The notes under the pieces are model-generated. The model saw only the letters and a list, made by a program, of their open reading frames with translations. It was not told where the DNA came from and did not search any database. From positions 186,001 to 250,000 of the forward strand of contig CT868363.1 of NCBI GenBank assembly GCA_000165425.1: 64,000 nt of DNA, written 5' to 3'. Shown here one piece after another: positions 38,571 to 53,793 of this stretch. Each line of letters begins with the position of its first letter. Within the stretch, counting starts at the first letter, position 1. Both the position numbers and the translations under genes were made by a program. Source of the stretch: Paramecium tetraurelia (taxonomy: Eukaryota).

Positions 38571-39562
38571 TCAAATATTTATATTAAAAATAATATAAAC
38601 AAGTATATTTAATATTAAAATCAAAAACATGATTATCAATATATATGAAAAATATGCTTTCGATCAACTTAGCATTTCTATATATATAATTTTTTTTTTT
38701 CAGATCGAAATCTAAAGGTATTATTGGAATTATTATCCAATCTTTTCATTCAAAGCATTTATGTTGATATCTTCTTTAATCTTTCAAATATTCATTATTC
38801 TTTTTGCTCTATTAAACAATTCAAGGATATGCAATTTAGTTTATATACGTTGAACTGATCCTTTAGCTATTTCTCTACTATTAAATCATGAAATTTGTGA
38901 TTTTTTACCAAAATCTTATAAGTAGATCAATATTACTAATCTTTTAAATTTAATTCCTTCAAAAAGTTATTGAGAATGAATTGAATCAAAATCTCAATGG
39001 TTGTAAATTATGTTAATCGCTCCTTACACTTCCAGATTCATGAAAAACGACAATTTTAAATCAGTAAGATAATAAAATGTTTTTATAAGGATTCTGTTAT
39101 TAATTTAGCATATTAAAAATAAAGATGGAAAACTAAAATATATATCTTTTAATTTTCTGATCACACAGCAAAATTATCCTTAAAGACTTAATTAATAATA
39201 TTATTCTTAAAGGCATTCAGTATTGTTTTTAAACAAAATTACAAGAATATGAATTTAGCAACAATAAACAAAAACTCTAGTTCCATAATTTAATTAGATA
39301 TTTTTCAGAAAGATTTATTATAAATACTAAATTGATTTTGATTTTTGGGTTGTTAATTATTTGTTCAATTTGAAATGGAAAAATCCTATATATTTTGCCT
39401 AATATTAAGATATTTAAAAAAATGTGTTTAATAACTGCATTAAGCAAATATTAATTTTTAATAAATTAATTTTTCAGAAAAATTTATTTTGTACCCTAAC
39501 TTAGTTTTACTAAAGCCTACAATTTCTAGATTGTACGGTGAGTGGCACAATTCTTATTAAAT

Positions 39563-39657
39563 NNNNNNNNNNNNNNNNNNNNNNNNNNNNNNNNNNNNNN
39601 NNNNNNNNNNNNNNNNNNNNNNNNNNNNNNNNNNNNNNNNNNNNNNNNNNNNNNNNN
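39563..39657. other. Assembly gap
   Basis: Run of N. Confidence 1.
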
Positions 39658-40291
39658 GAGTCTCGGGTAATTTGCCGGGTTGGCCGAAAAAACCCAAAAA
39701 TTTTTCATATATACAATATCTTATAATGCCTGTTAAGATTGCTCATAATAAATTTATGGAATTCAATTCAGACCTGATATATCGATATTAAATTCAAACA
39801 ATTCCTTTTAATAAAAAATTTTCATATTTTTATAATTTTTCAAAGACTTTTATTCTAAAAATTACCTTATGAGAAAATTTTCTATCTAACAACTTGTACT
39901 CCTGAATTGAAAATAAAAAGAATACAAAATTAATGTTCTAATAAGTAATAGATCCTATATATTAAGTGTATAATTATATTTCCTTTGCTGATTGAATTAA
40001 TGATATATCCTTTCATATGGTTGATTCATTATTGCTTAATAATATGATTTGATTGAATTCATGCTAATTCTTTCTTTTCTAAATTCTATCATCAAATCAA
40101 TTTTTAATTATTATTAATTTTTATTTTGTACAATTTTCCTTAGATATATAGTAATTAAGTATTAACACATATAATTTATTTATCAAATTAATGTATTACT
40201 TAATAGTTAATATGATCAATTTTGTTAACCTCAAATAATTTGTATGAGCAAATTTTCTTTATTCGTAAATAAGAATTAAATTTTATTTTTT

Positions 40292-43200
40292 ATGGAAGAT
40301 TTTAATGATGATGACATCAGTATTTTTGTAGGAAAATTTGAGACAGAAAACTAGAATTCAGTGGTAGACTCAATTATGAACCAAAAATAATCTTAAGGAT
40401 CGAGCTGTAATAATATATTGAAAAATTTAGAAATAATTATCCTACAATAAGCAATTAGAACAAAAGAAGAATTAAACAAGCAAATAATTCCTATATTAAG
40501 TATTAATTGACTTCATAAAAGAATATCTCTAGAATAAAAATCTGCAATATGGAGATTTGGAAAAATAAAATTAAGAACTAATAATACTTTAGGAATAATC
40601 TAAATAAGATATCTAGCAGTTATAAGTAAAGTTGATAATTTAAAGTAGGATTAAATTTCAGAGAGGAATCAGAAAAATGATGAATTAATGGACTAAATTT
40701 CTTAGTTGGAAGATGATATGGAAAAATTGAAAATGCAATAAAAATATTTAGAGTCTCAACAGCAGAATAAACTTTTATAAAACTATGTAATTTTGTATAT
40801 AGAATTAGTAATCTCAAGGGGAAAGTCAATGGTTTTAGCAAACTCAAATCATCACTATTCAACAATAATTACAAGACAAGGAGGAATTATTGAAAAAAAT
40901 TGAAAAAGACCTTGAAGAAATGGAAAAATCTAAAAAAAAGGTCGATTAGTAAAACAAAGACATTCAAAATTAGTTAGACTTGATTACTTAAAGAAATAAG
41001 AGTAAAAATAAAAAAAAAATAATGTAGATTTGATGAAGGAATTAGAAAGGTACAAGCCAGAAGTAACTGATAATTCAAAAAAATAAACTATGACTAGGAA
41101 CAAAACACTTGGAGCATTTAATACCAGGGATATTATCTAAAAATAAAGACTGTAAAATGATTTAACTAGTTAAAAAAAATTGGAGCAGATTAAAAATTAG
41201 GAAATAGATAATGCTAATAATTCAGATAATTAAGAGGAGATTGATACCTAATCAAAGACAACTTTAAAATAAGATAGCGAATAAGCTTAAGCCTCCGTAG
41301 TAAATTCATAGATAATTATGGAGAAAGAGCAAAAAATAGTGGAATTAGAAAAAATAAAAATTGAATTGGAATAGAAAATAACAGAATTAGAATGTGAAAT
41401 TAATGGAATCAAATCTAATAATAAAAAAGTTACATTCCAAATTACTAAACTTGAAAAAGCAGTCGCATTTGAAAAAGAACGTATAATTATATATATATAT
41501 AGAAAATACAAAATTAAGGGAAGAAAAGGCAACAATGGAACAGGACATGAAGGCTGAAATTGAAATGAGAAAAAAAGAAAATATTGGATTAGTAAAATTT
41601 TTATAATTATTCCTAGAAAAGGATGTCAGTTAAAATTAATTAAAACGATGTTGGAGCTAGTCTAATAAATGCAGATGAATTAAATTTAAAAGAAAAATTT
41701 TTTTAATTGTCAAGAGGTAATTCCAAGCAAATATATAGATCAATTTAGATTTACAAGCAACAAAACAATAAAATGAAATGTAAATTGAAACATATGAAAA
41801 ACAAATTACTTAATTAAAAACTTAAATCGAAATATATGCAAAAAATAATTTAGAAAAAGAAAATTAAGTGCTCGAGTTATAAAAGAATTTGTAATTGGCT
41901 TTGGAAGAAAAGGAAAACTAAAAAAGTTAAATAGAAAAATTGGCTGACAGCAAAAATTTCGATGGAGAGTCTACTTTGAAAGAATGTAAAGCTAAATTAA
42001 GAAAGTATGAGAGCCTGTTGTAAAAAGCTAAAGCAGAAATTGAAATAAAAGACCTTTAATTACAAGAACAACATTCGAATTAATTAATAGAAATAATCAA
42101 CATTATAGAAACTTATAATAAAGAGAACCTTTAGATTAATTAATAATTATAATAGTAGATTCAGTTGGTTGAAGAGTTGAAATCTTAATCAGGAATCAAA
42201 AACGATGATAATGATTCAGGANNNNNNNNNNNNNNNNNNNNNNNNNNNNNNNNNNNNNNNNNNNNNNNNNNNNNNNNNNNNNNNNNNNNNNNNNNNNNNN
42301 NNNNNNNNNNNNNNNNNNNNNNNNNNNNNNNNNNNNNNNNNNNNNNNNNNNNNNNNNNNNNNNNNNNNNNNAGAAAATTTTAGAAATTTAGTAATTCCAA
42401 AAGGTTGAATCTTAAAAACCCGATCCAAATGTAGAGTATTAGCAAAGAGGCCGAATAAATCTAAAAGGATGAAATATAAAAAATGAATGAAACTCTAAAT
42501 AGTCAAATTTAATAATTAAACCTAAAATTATAATTATCAGAATAAATTTAGTTATAAAATGAAACAAAACTTTAGGAATTGTAATAATAAATTTTGGAGA
42601 AAGATGAATCAATAAAATATTATGAAAAATCAAATAGTATGTTGTAAACCTTACTACTTGAAAATAAAAATCAAATTGATTCATTTAAAGAATTGACTAA
42701 TGTTGAAGAATAAAATAAAAAGGACAATGAATAAATGATTTCGAGCTTGAAAGATTAATTACTAAATTATGACAAAGAAATTGAAAATTATAAATTACAA
42801 TTAATCAATTATTCTCAACAAAATTAGGAATAAGAATAAGCAAAAAAAATTAATTTTGAGATTCAAATTGAATTAAATCAGCATAAAGAGAATGTTACCA
42901 ATTTAAATATTGAAAAACAATAATTATAAAAATAAATCTCTGAATTGATCGAAAAGAACAATCATTAATAATCCTTAATTTCTGAACTTTAGACAATGAA
43001 TACTAAATTAGAATAATAAAGGTCTTCTTTAGAAGAAGAAGCTTTAATTTAGTAGTCAAAAATTCGGGTTTTCGATTCACGTTTAACTTAACTGTCATCA
43101 GAAATAATCACTTATGAGTAGAAAGTTGCTGAGCTAAATAAATAATTAGATATATCGAAAGAAGAAGATAATTCAAACAAATAATTAATAAATCAATTCC

Positions 43201-46200
43201 AAAATAAAATGTAAGAAGAATAAATAAACCAAGTTAAACTTAAATAAGAAAAGGATGAGTTGTAAATAGAAAATGAAGATTTATAAAAAAAAATATAAAT
43301 AAAAATTAGTGAAGTACAAGAATTTTAAATTATTTGTTAAAAATTAACAATTGATCATGAATAATTAAAGGCATAACTAGTAGAAAATAAATAATAAAAC
43401 CAGGATTTGGAAAATTAAATTTAATAATTAAGTAATTTATAAGAAAGTGAATTAAATAAATTAAATAGCTAAATGTAATAAAAAAATGATTAAAATAAGC
43501 ATTTAGAAGATGAAATTTAAAAGTTATAAAGGCTATTAAAAGAAGATGAAATTTAAAAGAATGAAAAAATTATAGAAATAGAAAAATTAAAAAGTAATGA
43601 AAATAATTTGATGATGGATTTAAAAAAAGAAAAATAAAATTATGAAGATGTTTAAAATGAATTTAAAGAAAAGGAAATAAAACTATAATAGTTAATAAAT
43701 AATTAATAATAATTTAATGAAGAATTAAAAAATTAAATTTAATTAGGTAAGAATGAATTACTGTAATTATAAAACGCATAAAATGAAATAATTGAAAAAT
43801 TGAAGGAGAATAATTAATAATAATTGTAAGATAAAGATGAGCAAATTAATGAATAAAAAATAAAATTTAATCAAATATAATAAGAGAGCGAAAGTTATAA
43901 ATTGGAAATTAGAGATTTATAGTAATTAAATTAGACTTTAATTAATCAGTTAAAGGAAAAAGAAAATTAATTGCTTTTAGAAATAGAACATGGAAAACTA
44001 TAACATTTACAATTATAAAAAGAAAATGAAAGATTAATAGATGAACTTAAAGTAAGAGAAATTAAAAATTTGTAAGTAAATTGAGCATCAGGAAAGTAAC
44101 AATATTTAGAATTATAAAAAGAAAATGCAATAATTACATGAGTGAATTTAAAGATAGAGAAAATAAATTGTTGAAGGAAATTGAACATGAAAAATTACAA
44201 CTTGCAGAAATAAAAATAGAAAATGAAAGATTAAGAAGTGAATTCAAAGATAAAGAAACTAAATTGCTGTAGGACATAGAAAATTAAAAATAATAGAATT
44301 AATAACTTATATTAGGTAAAGATATGTAAGGAAATGAATTGTTGTAAATATAACAAAAGCTAAATCTTGAAATTGATAATTTAAAATTAGTAAATTTAAA
44401 ATTTAAATGATTAACTTAAACTACAATAATAATAATTTGATGAGAAAGAGAAATAAAAAAATAAAGAAATAGAAGAACTCAAATTATTACATGTTCAATT
44501 GGAAAAATAAAATGAGAATTTAACAATTGAATTTAAAGATAAAGAATCCAAATTGATTTTAGAAATAGAACATGAAAAATTACAACATCTACAATTTAGA
44601 AAAGAAAATGAGACTTTAACAATTGAATTTAAAGATAAAGAAACTAAAATGTTGTAGGAAATTGAGCATCAAAAGTTACAATATTTAGATTTATAAAAAG
44701 AAAATGAATAATTAATAAGTGAATTTAGAGATAAATAATCTAAATTAAAAAAGAAAAGAACATAAAAGTTCAACNNNNNNNNNNNNNNNNNNNNNNNNNN
44801 NNNNNNNNNNNNNNNNNNNNNNNNNNNNNNNNNNNNNNNNNNNNNNNNNNNNNNNNNNNNNNNNNNNNNNNNNNNNNNNNNNNNNNNNNNNNNNNNNNNN
44901 NNNNNNNNNNNNNNNNNNNNNNNNCATCAAAGACATTGAAGAGCTCACCTCATCACATGCCTCATTAGCCACATCAAAGGAGCCTTTAACAGATGAATTT
45001 AAAGATAAAGAATCCAAATTGATTTTAGAAATAGAACATGAAAAATTACAACATCTACAATTTAGAAAAGAAAATGAGACTTTAACAAATGAATTTAAAG
45101 ATAAAGAAACTAAAATGTTGTAGGAAATTGAGCATCAAAAGTTACAATAATTAGAATTATAAAAAGAAAATGAATAATAAATGAGTGAATTTAGAGATAA
45201 ATAATCTAAATTGATTTTAGAAATAGAAAATGAAAAATCACATCATCTATAATTAAAAAAAGAAAATGAGAAATTAACATGTGAATTCAAAGATCAAGAA
45301 AATAAAATGTTGGAGCAATTTGAATAAGGAAAATCACAACAAATGCAATTATAAAAGGAAAATGAAAAATTAACACATGAATTTAAAGAAAAAGAAATCA
45401 AAATGTTGAAAGATGTTGAACATTAAAAACTACAATATTAACAAATATAAAATGAAAATGATAGATTAACTAATGAATTCAAAGAAAAAGAAACTAAAAT
45501 GTTGAAGGAAATTGAATAAGAACAGTTATAAAATAAGGAATTATAAAAGGAAAATGAAAGACTAACAACGGAATTCAGAGAAAGAGAAGCTAAAATGTTA
45601 AAGGAAATTGAAAATGAAAAATTGTCATATATACAATTATAAAAAGAAAATGAGACTTTAACAAATGAATTTAAAGACAAAGAAACTAAAATTTTGTAAG
45701 AAATTGACCATGAAAAGATTCAACATTTGCAATTATAGAAAGAAAATGAAAAATTAACACATGAATTTAGAGATAAAGAATCTAAATTGATCTTAGAAAT
45801 TGAACATGAAAAACTACAGCTTTTACATTAAAAAAAAGAAAATGCAAATTAAATAAATGAATTTAGAGATAGAGAAACTAAAATGTTGGAAGAAATTGAC
45901 CATGAAAAGCTTCAACATTTGCAATTATAAAAAGAAATTGAAAAATTGACAAATGAATTTAGAAATAAGGAATCTAAATTTAATTTAGAAATAGAACATG
46001 AAAAATTACAACATCTATAATTAAAATAAGAAAATGAAACTTTATAAAATTAATTCAAAGATTAAGAAAATTAAAATGTTGAAGGAAATAGAACATGAAA
46101 AATTATAATACATACAATAATAGAAAGAAAATGAAAAATTCATTAATGAATTTAAAGACATAGGAATTTAAAATGCTGAAGGATATTGAACATGAAAAGC

Positions 46201-49200
46201 TTCAACATCTACAATTATAAATAGAATTTGAAAAATTGACAAATGAGTATAAAGATAGAGAAACTAAAATGCTGAAGGAAATTGAATAAGGAAAATTACA
46301 ATATGCTGAATTATAAAAAGAAAATGAAAGATTAATAAGTGAATTCAAAGATAAAGAAACTAAATTGCTGTAGGACATAGAAAATTAAAAATAATAGAAT
46401 TAATAACTTATATTAGGTAAAGATATGTAAGGAAATGAATTGTTGTAAATATAACAAAAGCTAAACCTTGAAATTGATAATTTAAAATAGTAAATTTAAA
46501 ATTTAAATGATTAACTTAAACTACAATAATAATAATTTGATGAGAAAGAGAAATAAAAAAATAAAGAAATAGAAGAACTCAAATTATTACATGTTCAATT
46601 GGAAAAATAAAATGAGAATTTAACAATTGAATTTAAAGATAAAGAATCCAAATTGATTTTAGAAATAGAACATGAAAAATTACATCATTTAAAATTAAAA
46701 AAAGAAAATGAGACTTTATCAAATGAATTTAGAGATAAAGAAACTAAAATGTTGTAGGAAATTGAATAAGGAAAATTACAACATGTGGAATTATTAAAAG
46801 AAAATGAAAAATTAACAAATGAGTTTAAGGAAAGAGAAAATAAAACGTTAAAGGATATTGAACATGAAAAGCTTCAACATCTAAAATTATAAAAAGAATA
46901 TGAAAAATTAAAATAATGAGTTTTAAGAAAAAGAAACAAAAATGTTGAATGAAATTGAATATAGGAAAATTACACAATTTAGAATTCCTAAAATGAAAAT
47001 GCAAAAATTACAAATGAATTCAAAGATAGAGAAACTAAAATGCTGAAGGAAATTGAATAAGGAAAATTACAATATGCTGAATTATAAAAAGAAAATGAAA
47101 GATTAAGAAGTGAATTCAAAGATATAGAAACTAAATTGCTGTAGGACATAGAAAATTAAAAATAATAGAATTAATAACTTATATTAGGTAAAGATATGTA
47201 AGGAAATGAATTGTTGTAAATATAACAAAAGCTAAATCTTGACTTTNNNNNNNNNNNNNNNNNNNNNNNNNNNNNNNNNNNNNNNNNNNNNNNNNNNNNN
47301 NNNNNNNNNNNNNNNNNNNNNNNNNNNNNNNNNNNNNNNNNNNNNNNNNNNNNNNNNNNNNNNNNNNNNNNNNNNNNNNNNNNNNNNNNNNNNNNNNNNN
47401 NNNNNNNNNNNNNNNNNNNNNNNNNNNNNNNNNNNNNNNNNNNNNNNNNNNNNNNNNNNNNNNNNNNNNNNNNNNNNNNNNNNNNNNNNNNNNNNNNNNN
47501 NNNNNNNNNNNNNNNNNNNNNNNNNNNNNNNNNNNNNNNNNNNNNNNNNNNNNNNNNNNNNNNNNNNNNNNNNNNNNNNNNNNNNNNNNNNNNNNNNNNN
47601 NNNNNNNNNNNNNNNNNNNNNNNNNNNNNNNNNNAAATTTATTTTAGAAATAGAACATGAAAAGTTACAACATCTATAATTAAAATAAGAAAATGAAACT
47701 TTATAAAATTAATTCAAAGATTAAGAAATTAAAATGTTGAAGGAAATAGAACATGAAAAATTATAATACATACAATAATAGAAAGAAAATGAAAAATTCA
47801 TTAATGAATTTAAAGGCAAAGAAATTCAAATGCTGAATGAAATTGAATAAGGACAATAGCAAAATTTAGATTTATAAAAAGAAAATGAAAGAATAACAAA
47901 TGAGTTTAAAGATAGAGAAACTAAAATGCTGAAGGAAATTGAATAAGTAAAATTACAATATGCTGAATTATAAAAAGAAAATGAAAGATTAATAAGTGAA
48001 TTCAAAGATAAAGAAACTAAATTGCTGTAGGACATAGAAAATTAAAAATAATAGAATTAATAACTTATATTAGGTAAAGATATGTAAGGAAATGAATTGT
48101 TGTAAATATAACAAAAGCTAAACCTTGAAATTGATAATTTGAAATAGTAAATTTAAAATTTAAATGATTAACTTAAACTACAATAATAATAATTTGATGA
48201 GAAAGAGAAATAAAAAAATAAAGAAATAGAAGAACTCAAATTATTACATGTTCAATTGGAAAAATAAAATGAGACTTTAACAAATGAATTTAAAGATAAT
48301 GAAACTAAAATGTTGTAGGAAATTGAGCATTAAAAGTTACAATAATTATAATTCTAAAGAGAAAATGAATAATTAATGAGTGAATTGAAAGATAGAGAAA
48401 ATAAAATGTTGAAGGAAATTGAAAATGAAAAATTACAAAATTTAGAAATATAAAAGGAAAATGAAAGATTAAGAAATGAATTCAAAGATAAAGAAATTAA
48501 ATTGTTGTAGGACATTGAAAATTAAAAATAATAGAATTAATAACTTATATTAGGTAAAGATATGTAAGGAAATGAATTGTTGTAAATATAACAAAAGCTA
48601 AATCTTGAAATTGATAATTTAAAATAGTAAATTTAAAATTTAAATGATTAACTTAAACTACAATAATAACAATTTGATGAGAAAGAGAAATAAAAAAACA
48701 AAGAAATAGAAGAACTCAAATTATTACATGTTCAATTAGAATTATAAAATGAGACTTTAACAAATGAATTTAAAGATAAAGAAACTAAAATGATTTTAGA
48801 TATTGACCATTTAACTTTATAACTTCAATTAAAAGATACAAAAGGGAATGAATTATTTTAAACATAATAAAAACTGAATCTTGAATTAGAAAATATACAA
48901 TTATCTCTTTAACAACAATAATAGTAGCATGATGTTAAAATAAATGATTTAGTATAATAATAGGATTAATTAAATAAAGAAATAACAAGTTATAAATAAT
49001 TAACCTCTTAAAAAGAAGATTAAATTAATTAATTGACAAATAATAATGATGAATTAAGCGTCTAAATAAAGGGGAAGGAAAATGAAATCAATCAATTGTA
49101 ATAAAATTTATCAGTAATAACAAATGATTATTAAAAATCCCTTAAGGAAAATGAAAATTTAACCAAAGAAAAGTTAGAATACGAAGCTTAATTGTTGGAA

Positions 49201-51221
49201 AATAAAAATCTAATTCAATCCATGCAACACGAAAAAGAATAATTATAAAATGAACATCAATTAAATAAAGACAATTAATTAAATGATCTTCAAACATAAA
49301 TTTCTCAATTATAATAAACAGTTACTAGTCAATAAAGCCAAATAGCGACTGATAAAGATTAAAATTTGATCTAATAAAATAAATTATAGGAATAAAATGT
49401 ATAAATTTAACAATTAACAGTTCAAATCCAAAATATGGAAGAATAAAGAAATGAATTCAAACTAAACAATTAGATATTTTAAAATCTGAAAATTAAATAT
49501 GTCAATAATAAATTGCATAATAACTAATATCCATTTAAGAAGCAGATTAAAAATTATAAAAGTATTAGGCCGATTCAATCGAGTAAAATAAGGTATTAGA
49601 TTAAAAAACAAGCGAAATTTAAGCTTTATAATCAGCTCATTAAGACTTAAATATTGCAAATAATAAACTCATTGAAGAAAACAATAGCTTTTAAATTAAC
49701 CATGATTAAATCGCAATTGAGATAAACAATTTATAGGAGTAATGTCGTATAGAAAAAGAGACTAACTAAAAAATTTCTGAATAAAATCAGCAACTATCAT
49801 CTTAAATAGAATAACTCAATGAAGAAATAAATAAATTAGTCAAAGAACGCTAATAGTTGGAGGTAACTTAAAAATAGGATCATAATAATTAATAAGATGA
49901 ACTGAATTAATTAAATCAAATTCAAGAAGAAAAAGTTAATTTATAAAATTATAATGAAAAATTAGAGAATACAAATAAACACTTAGAAGAATAAATATTT
50001 TAATTATAATAATAAAGTTAAGCCTAAAATACTTTATTAGAGGAAAAAGAATAATTAATAAATAGCCTTAAAATGGCCAATGAATAAATAGAGTCTTAAC
50101 TCTTATAAGATCAAAACAAATAATAAGAAAAAGATGAATGCATCAATTCAATAAACCTTGAGAATAAAAAACTAATAAATGAGAAAGAGTTGGAACAAAA
50201 TTCCTTTGAAGAACATAATAAATAGGACAAATTAGAATTTGAAAATTAATTAAATTAAGATGTTACCCTAATTGCTTAACTTTAAGAAGAAGTAAATTAA
50301 TAGAATCATAAAATTTAATAATATGAAAATAACGAAAAAAATTATTAATAACAGATAGAAGAACTTAAAGAACATATCTAAAATCTTGAGGATTTTTCTT
50401 AAGTTTCGGAGAATCACATATCTGAGTAATAAGAAAAAGAATAATAGTTGATTAAAGAATTAGAAGCCTTAAAATTAGAATACGAACATTTATCCTAATA
50501 AAATTCTTCATTTAAAGATTAAGTTGAACAATTTTAGTTGCAAAATGAATAATCTACTCATAAATAAACCTTATTAGAAAATGAAATTAAGGAATTGCAA
50601 TAATAATAAACAGATCTCCAAAATAACATTCATCAATATGAGGAAAAAATTAATTTGCTTTAAATAGAGAGGGAATAGGATTAAACAAAATTAATGGAAG
50701 CTGAGGAAATATCTAAACAAAAAACTGAATTAGAAAAATAAATTAAACACTAGAATGATGCCATATAAAACCTATGCTAGTAAGTTGGTTTGTTGGAAGA
50801 TGAACATCCTAATGAATACATAGCGACTTAAAAAGCAAAAATGATATAGTAATAAAAGGATATAGAAAATTTAAAAAATGATATTAAAAATTTATAACAA
50901 GAAATAAAAAAGTATTAAGAAAAAGAAGCATTAATAAAAATTTAGAAAGAAAAACTGGAAAGAAAATATTTAGAGCAAATATCTGAGTTATCAAATCATT
51001 AAGATGAAATGTTTGAATAAATAAAGGAATGGAGATCTAAAGCTTTAATGAGCGATGAATACCTTAAAAAAATCAAAGACCTCGAAATGACTCTTAAGTT
51101 TAAATAAGATTAATTAGTGAGCTATTCCTAAAAAATACAGGAATAATCCGTTTAAATAGATTAGCTTGAACTTAAAGTTTAAGAACTAAAATAAACAAGT
51201 GAGTTTATGTTCACAATATGA
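40292..51221 (+). CDS. Giant coiled-coil protein (>3000 aa if one gene) with central 32-aa tandem repeats; interrupted by three gaps and several indels
   Basis: ATG 40292 (MEDFNDDDISIFVGKF); E/K/Q/N-rich heptads on the same strand across gaps 42222-42371, 44775-44924 and 47247-47634; TGA 51219-51221. Confidence 0.7.
43950..48810 (+). repeat. Coding tandem repeat: 96-bp (32-aa) unit plus a recurring higher-order cassette
   Basis: Unit ~NEFKDKETKMLKEIEHEKLQHLQLQKENEKLT (e.g. starts at 45088 and 45184). The near-identical cassette KLLQDIENQKQQNQQLILGKDMQGNELLQIQQKLNL occurs near 44242, 46341, 47112, 47998 and 48478. Confidence 0.95.
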
Positions 51222-52054
51222 TATATTTATTGCAACCACAATTGAATAATTTTTCTTATTCTACCATTATTTAGCTCCTAATAATAACTCTTTCAAATTC
51301 AATGTAATTATCATATATTATTTTTTCAATTAGATTTTAATTCTATTCGAATTTGTTAAGTATTTTAAGTTCATAGAAATTTCATTTCTTGTGGGTTTTT
51401 ATTTTTATTTTTAAATCTTAAAAGTTAAATAAATATATCATCATGTTATTGATAAAATTTAATGATATTTTTTATAAAATTATTTAATTTAAATGAAATT
51501 AAAATTCTGTATGAAGCTACCTGGTTCCATTACTGAATTTAGTTATAATTTAATCTATTTCAATATTATCACCTAGTATTAGAACCCATCCATGTAACCT
51601 AAATCTCTATTATTAGTTCAAGAAAGTCTTATTTGTATAAACTTAACGCCTTGAAGTAAAAAAATGTCATTTTTGATTTTGATAACCTTTTCGATCTATT
51701 TTGTCTTTCCAGCCTTCTGCTTCATCGTTTATTTATCAGCTTAAAATAAATAAAGTATTAATAAATTGTGATTCTCTTTAATTTAATAATCTATTTGAAT
51801 AAAAAAATATCATTCAACGAAAAAAGGCTTATTTATTATCTACAACTTTAAATAAGGCAAAGAATACTTTCTTTTTTTTTTGATATTGAATTCATTCTAA
51901 TTCTTATTTTTTGATAAACAACTTAAGAATAAGAGAAAAATGGATTCATAAAAATTTAAATTCATATTTGAGTATTATTTGGGATTTTGTTGAGATTTTT
52001 ATAATTTTTTTTGAAGAGACTATTCTAACAAATTTATAAAATATTATTACTGTT

Positions 52055-53679
52055 ATGAAAAGTTTAAATTACCGATTTCCTCATTCAAGACAAGATTCTG
52101 GATAAATGAATATAACTAGATCATAATTACAATACGGTTAATAAGTGATTAAAGTGTTAAACAAGTATAGAAGTTATGTAAATCGAAAGCCGCTAAAATG
52201 AATAAAATTGTGATCGATCACCTGCTCCTGTAGTACATGGTTTATAAAAATTCGCGTTACCATCTAGCCAATAATCATCAGCAAATCATTCGAAGAAGTC
52301 TTCGATATCAAAATAATAATAGCCAAAATAAATTGCATTTGTTAACTGCTTGATTCTCAAAGATAAATCATAACTTATTGAGGATGAAGAAAAAGAAAGT
52401 TAAGCTCTATTTTTTATTTTTAGATATTAATGAGCCAATTGTATAAAAGAACATGTTTAATTTTTAATTTGTAATTGGGATTGGTGGATTTGGCAAGGTT
52501 TGGAAGGTGGAGTATAAGAAGACTGGTTAGATCTATGCAATGAAAGAAATGTCAAAAGCTCTGTATGTTATGTGATTATATTTTAGAATTATCGCAAAAA
52601 AAAGTGTTAATTCAGTTATGAATGAAAGGCACATACTGAGTAATCTAAAACATCCGTAATTATTTAGTCAAATATAGATTTTTAGTTAATATCTATTATG
52701 CTTTTTAAGAGCGTGATAATCTTTTCTTGGTTTTAGATTATATGCAAGGAGGAGACCTAAGATATCATATCGGAAAAATGAGAAGATTTTCAGAAGATCA
52801 AACAAGTATGAATATAATAGAAATGAAGGATTTTTTATGGCTTGTATATTTTTAGGATTAGAATATATGCATTCTAAAAATAGTCTACATAGAGACATCA
52901 AACCAGAAAATTTAGTGCTTGATAAAAACGGTATAAATAAGAAGATAATTTAGGTTATGTCAGAATAACCGATCTTGGAATAGCTAGAATATTAAGGCCT
53001 GATAATTAATAGGATACTTCAGGAACGCCTGGATATATGGGTACTATCATAATATATATATCGTTAGCCCCTGAAGTAATGTGTAGGCAGAACCATTCTT
53101 TCGCTGTAGATTACTTTGCTTTGGGAGTAATTGGATATGAATTTATGTTGGGAAAAGTAAGCTATTTTCATGAAAAACTAGAGACCTTATACTGGCCGAT
53201 CAAGGAAAGAGATTAGAGATCAAATTTTAGCTAAATAAGTTCAAATAAAAAGATCTGAGATTCCTGATAATTGGTCATTAGAATCAGCAGATTTTATTAA
53301 TAGAGTATTACTTAATATACATTTAAAAGCTAATATAACGAAAACCTGCAAATCGATTAGGATTTAATGGTCCTCATGAACTGAAACAGCATTCCTGGTT
53401 TAAGAATTTTCCATGGTAAAAATTATTGAATAAAGAATTGAGATCTCCATACATACCTAATGTATTAAATATTAGTATTTTAGTAAAATGAAGATAATTT
53501 TGATGCAAGATAAATATCAATGGAAGATGATGAAAATAATGAGCTTATTTAATAGCACTCCATTATGCTAAGGAGAAATTCTATATAATGTATATTTAAT
53601 ATCTAAATTAGCATAATTTTCTGGATACGAAATGGATAATTTTAGTGAAAAACAACACACTTAGTTTAATAATTTTTGA
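52055..53679 (+). CDS. AGC-group Ser/Thr kinase with about 10 tiny introns; start uncertain (52055 or 52176)
   Basis: IGIGGFGKVWKV, YAMKEM, HRDIKPENLVLD, ITDLGIAR, TSGTPGYMAPE, VDYFALG, HSWFKNFPW, AGC tail SPYIP...DNFD. Confidence 0.92.
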
Positions 53680-53793
53680 TAATCATTTAATTATAAATCA
53701 TAAGTTCTTATTTGTAAATTCAATCAAAATCGTTATGAGACTTTCTATATTGAATAATAAAATACGGAATTATAAATTTTTTTATTAAAAAAA

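Noticed and set aside
39658..39710. GC-rich stretch adjacent to an assembly gap
   Set aside because: Abuts an N run; most likely a low-quality read end.
44925..44995. Divergent GC-richer sequence after the gap in the repeat gene
   Set aside because: A garbled copy of the repeat cassette (aaagaaatagaagaactcaaattattacatg...), typical of poor base calls at a contig end.
43950..48810. CRISPR-like or satellite interpretation of the repeats
   Set aside because: The units are in-frame coding repeats without unique spacers, in a eukaryotic gene.
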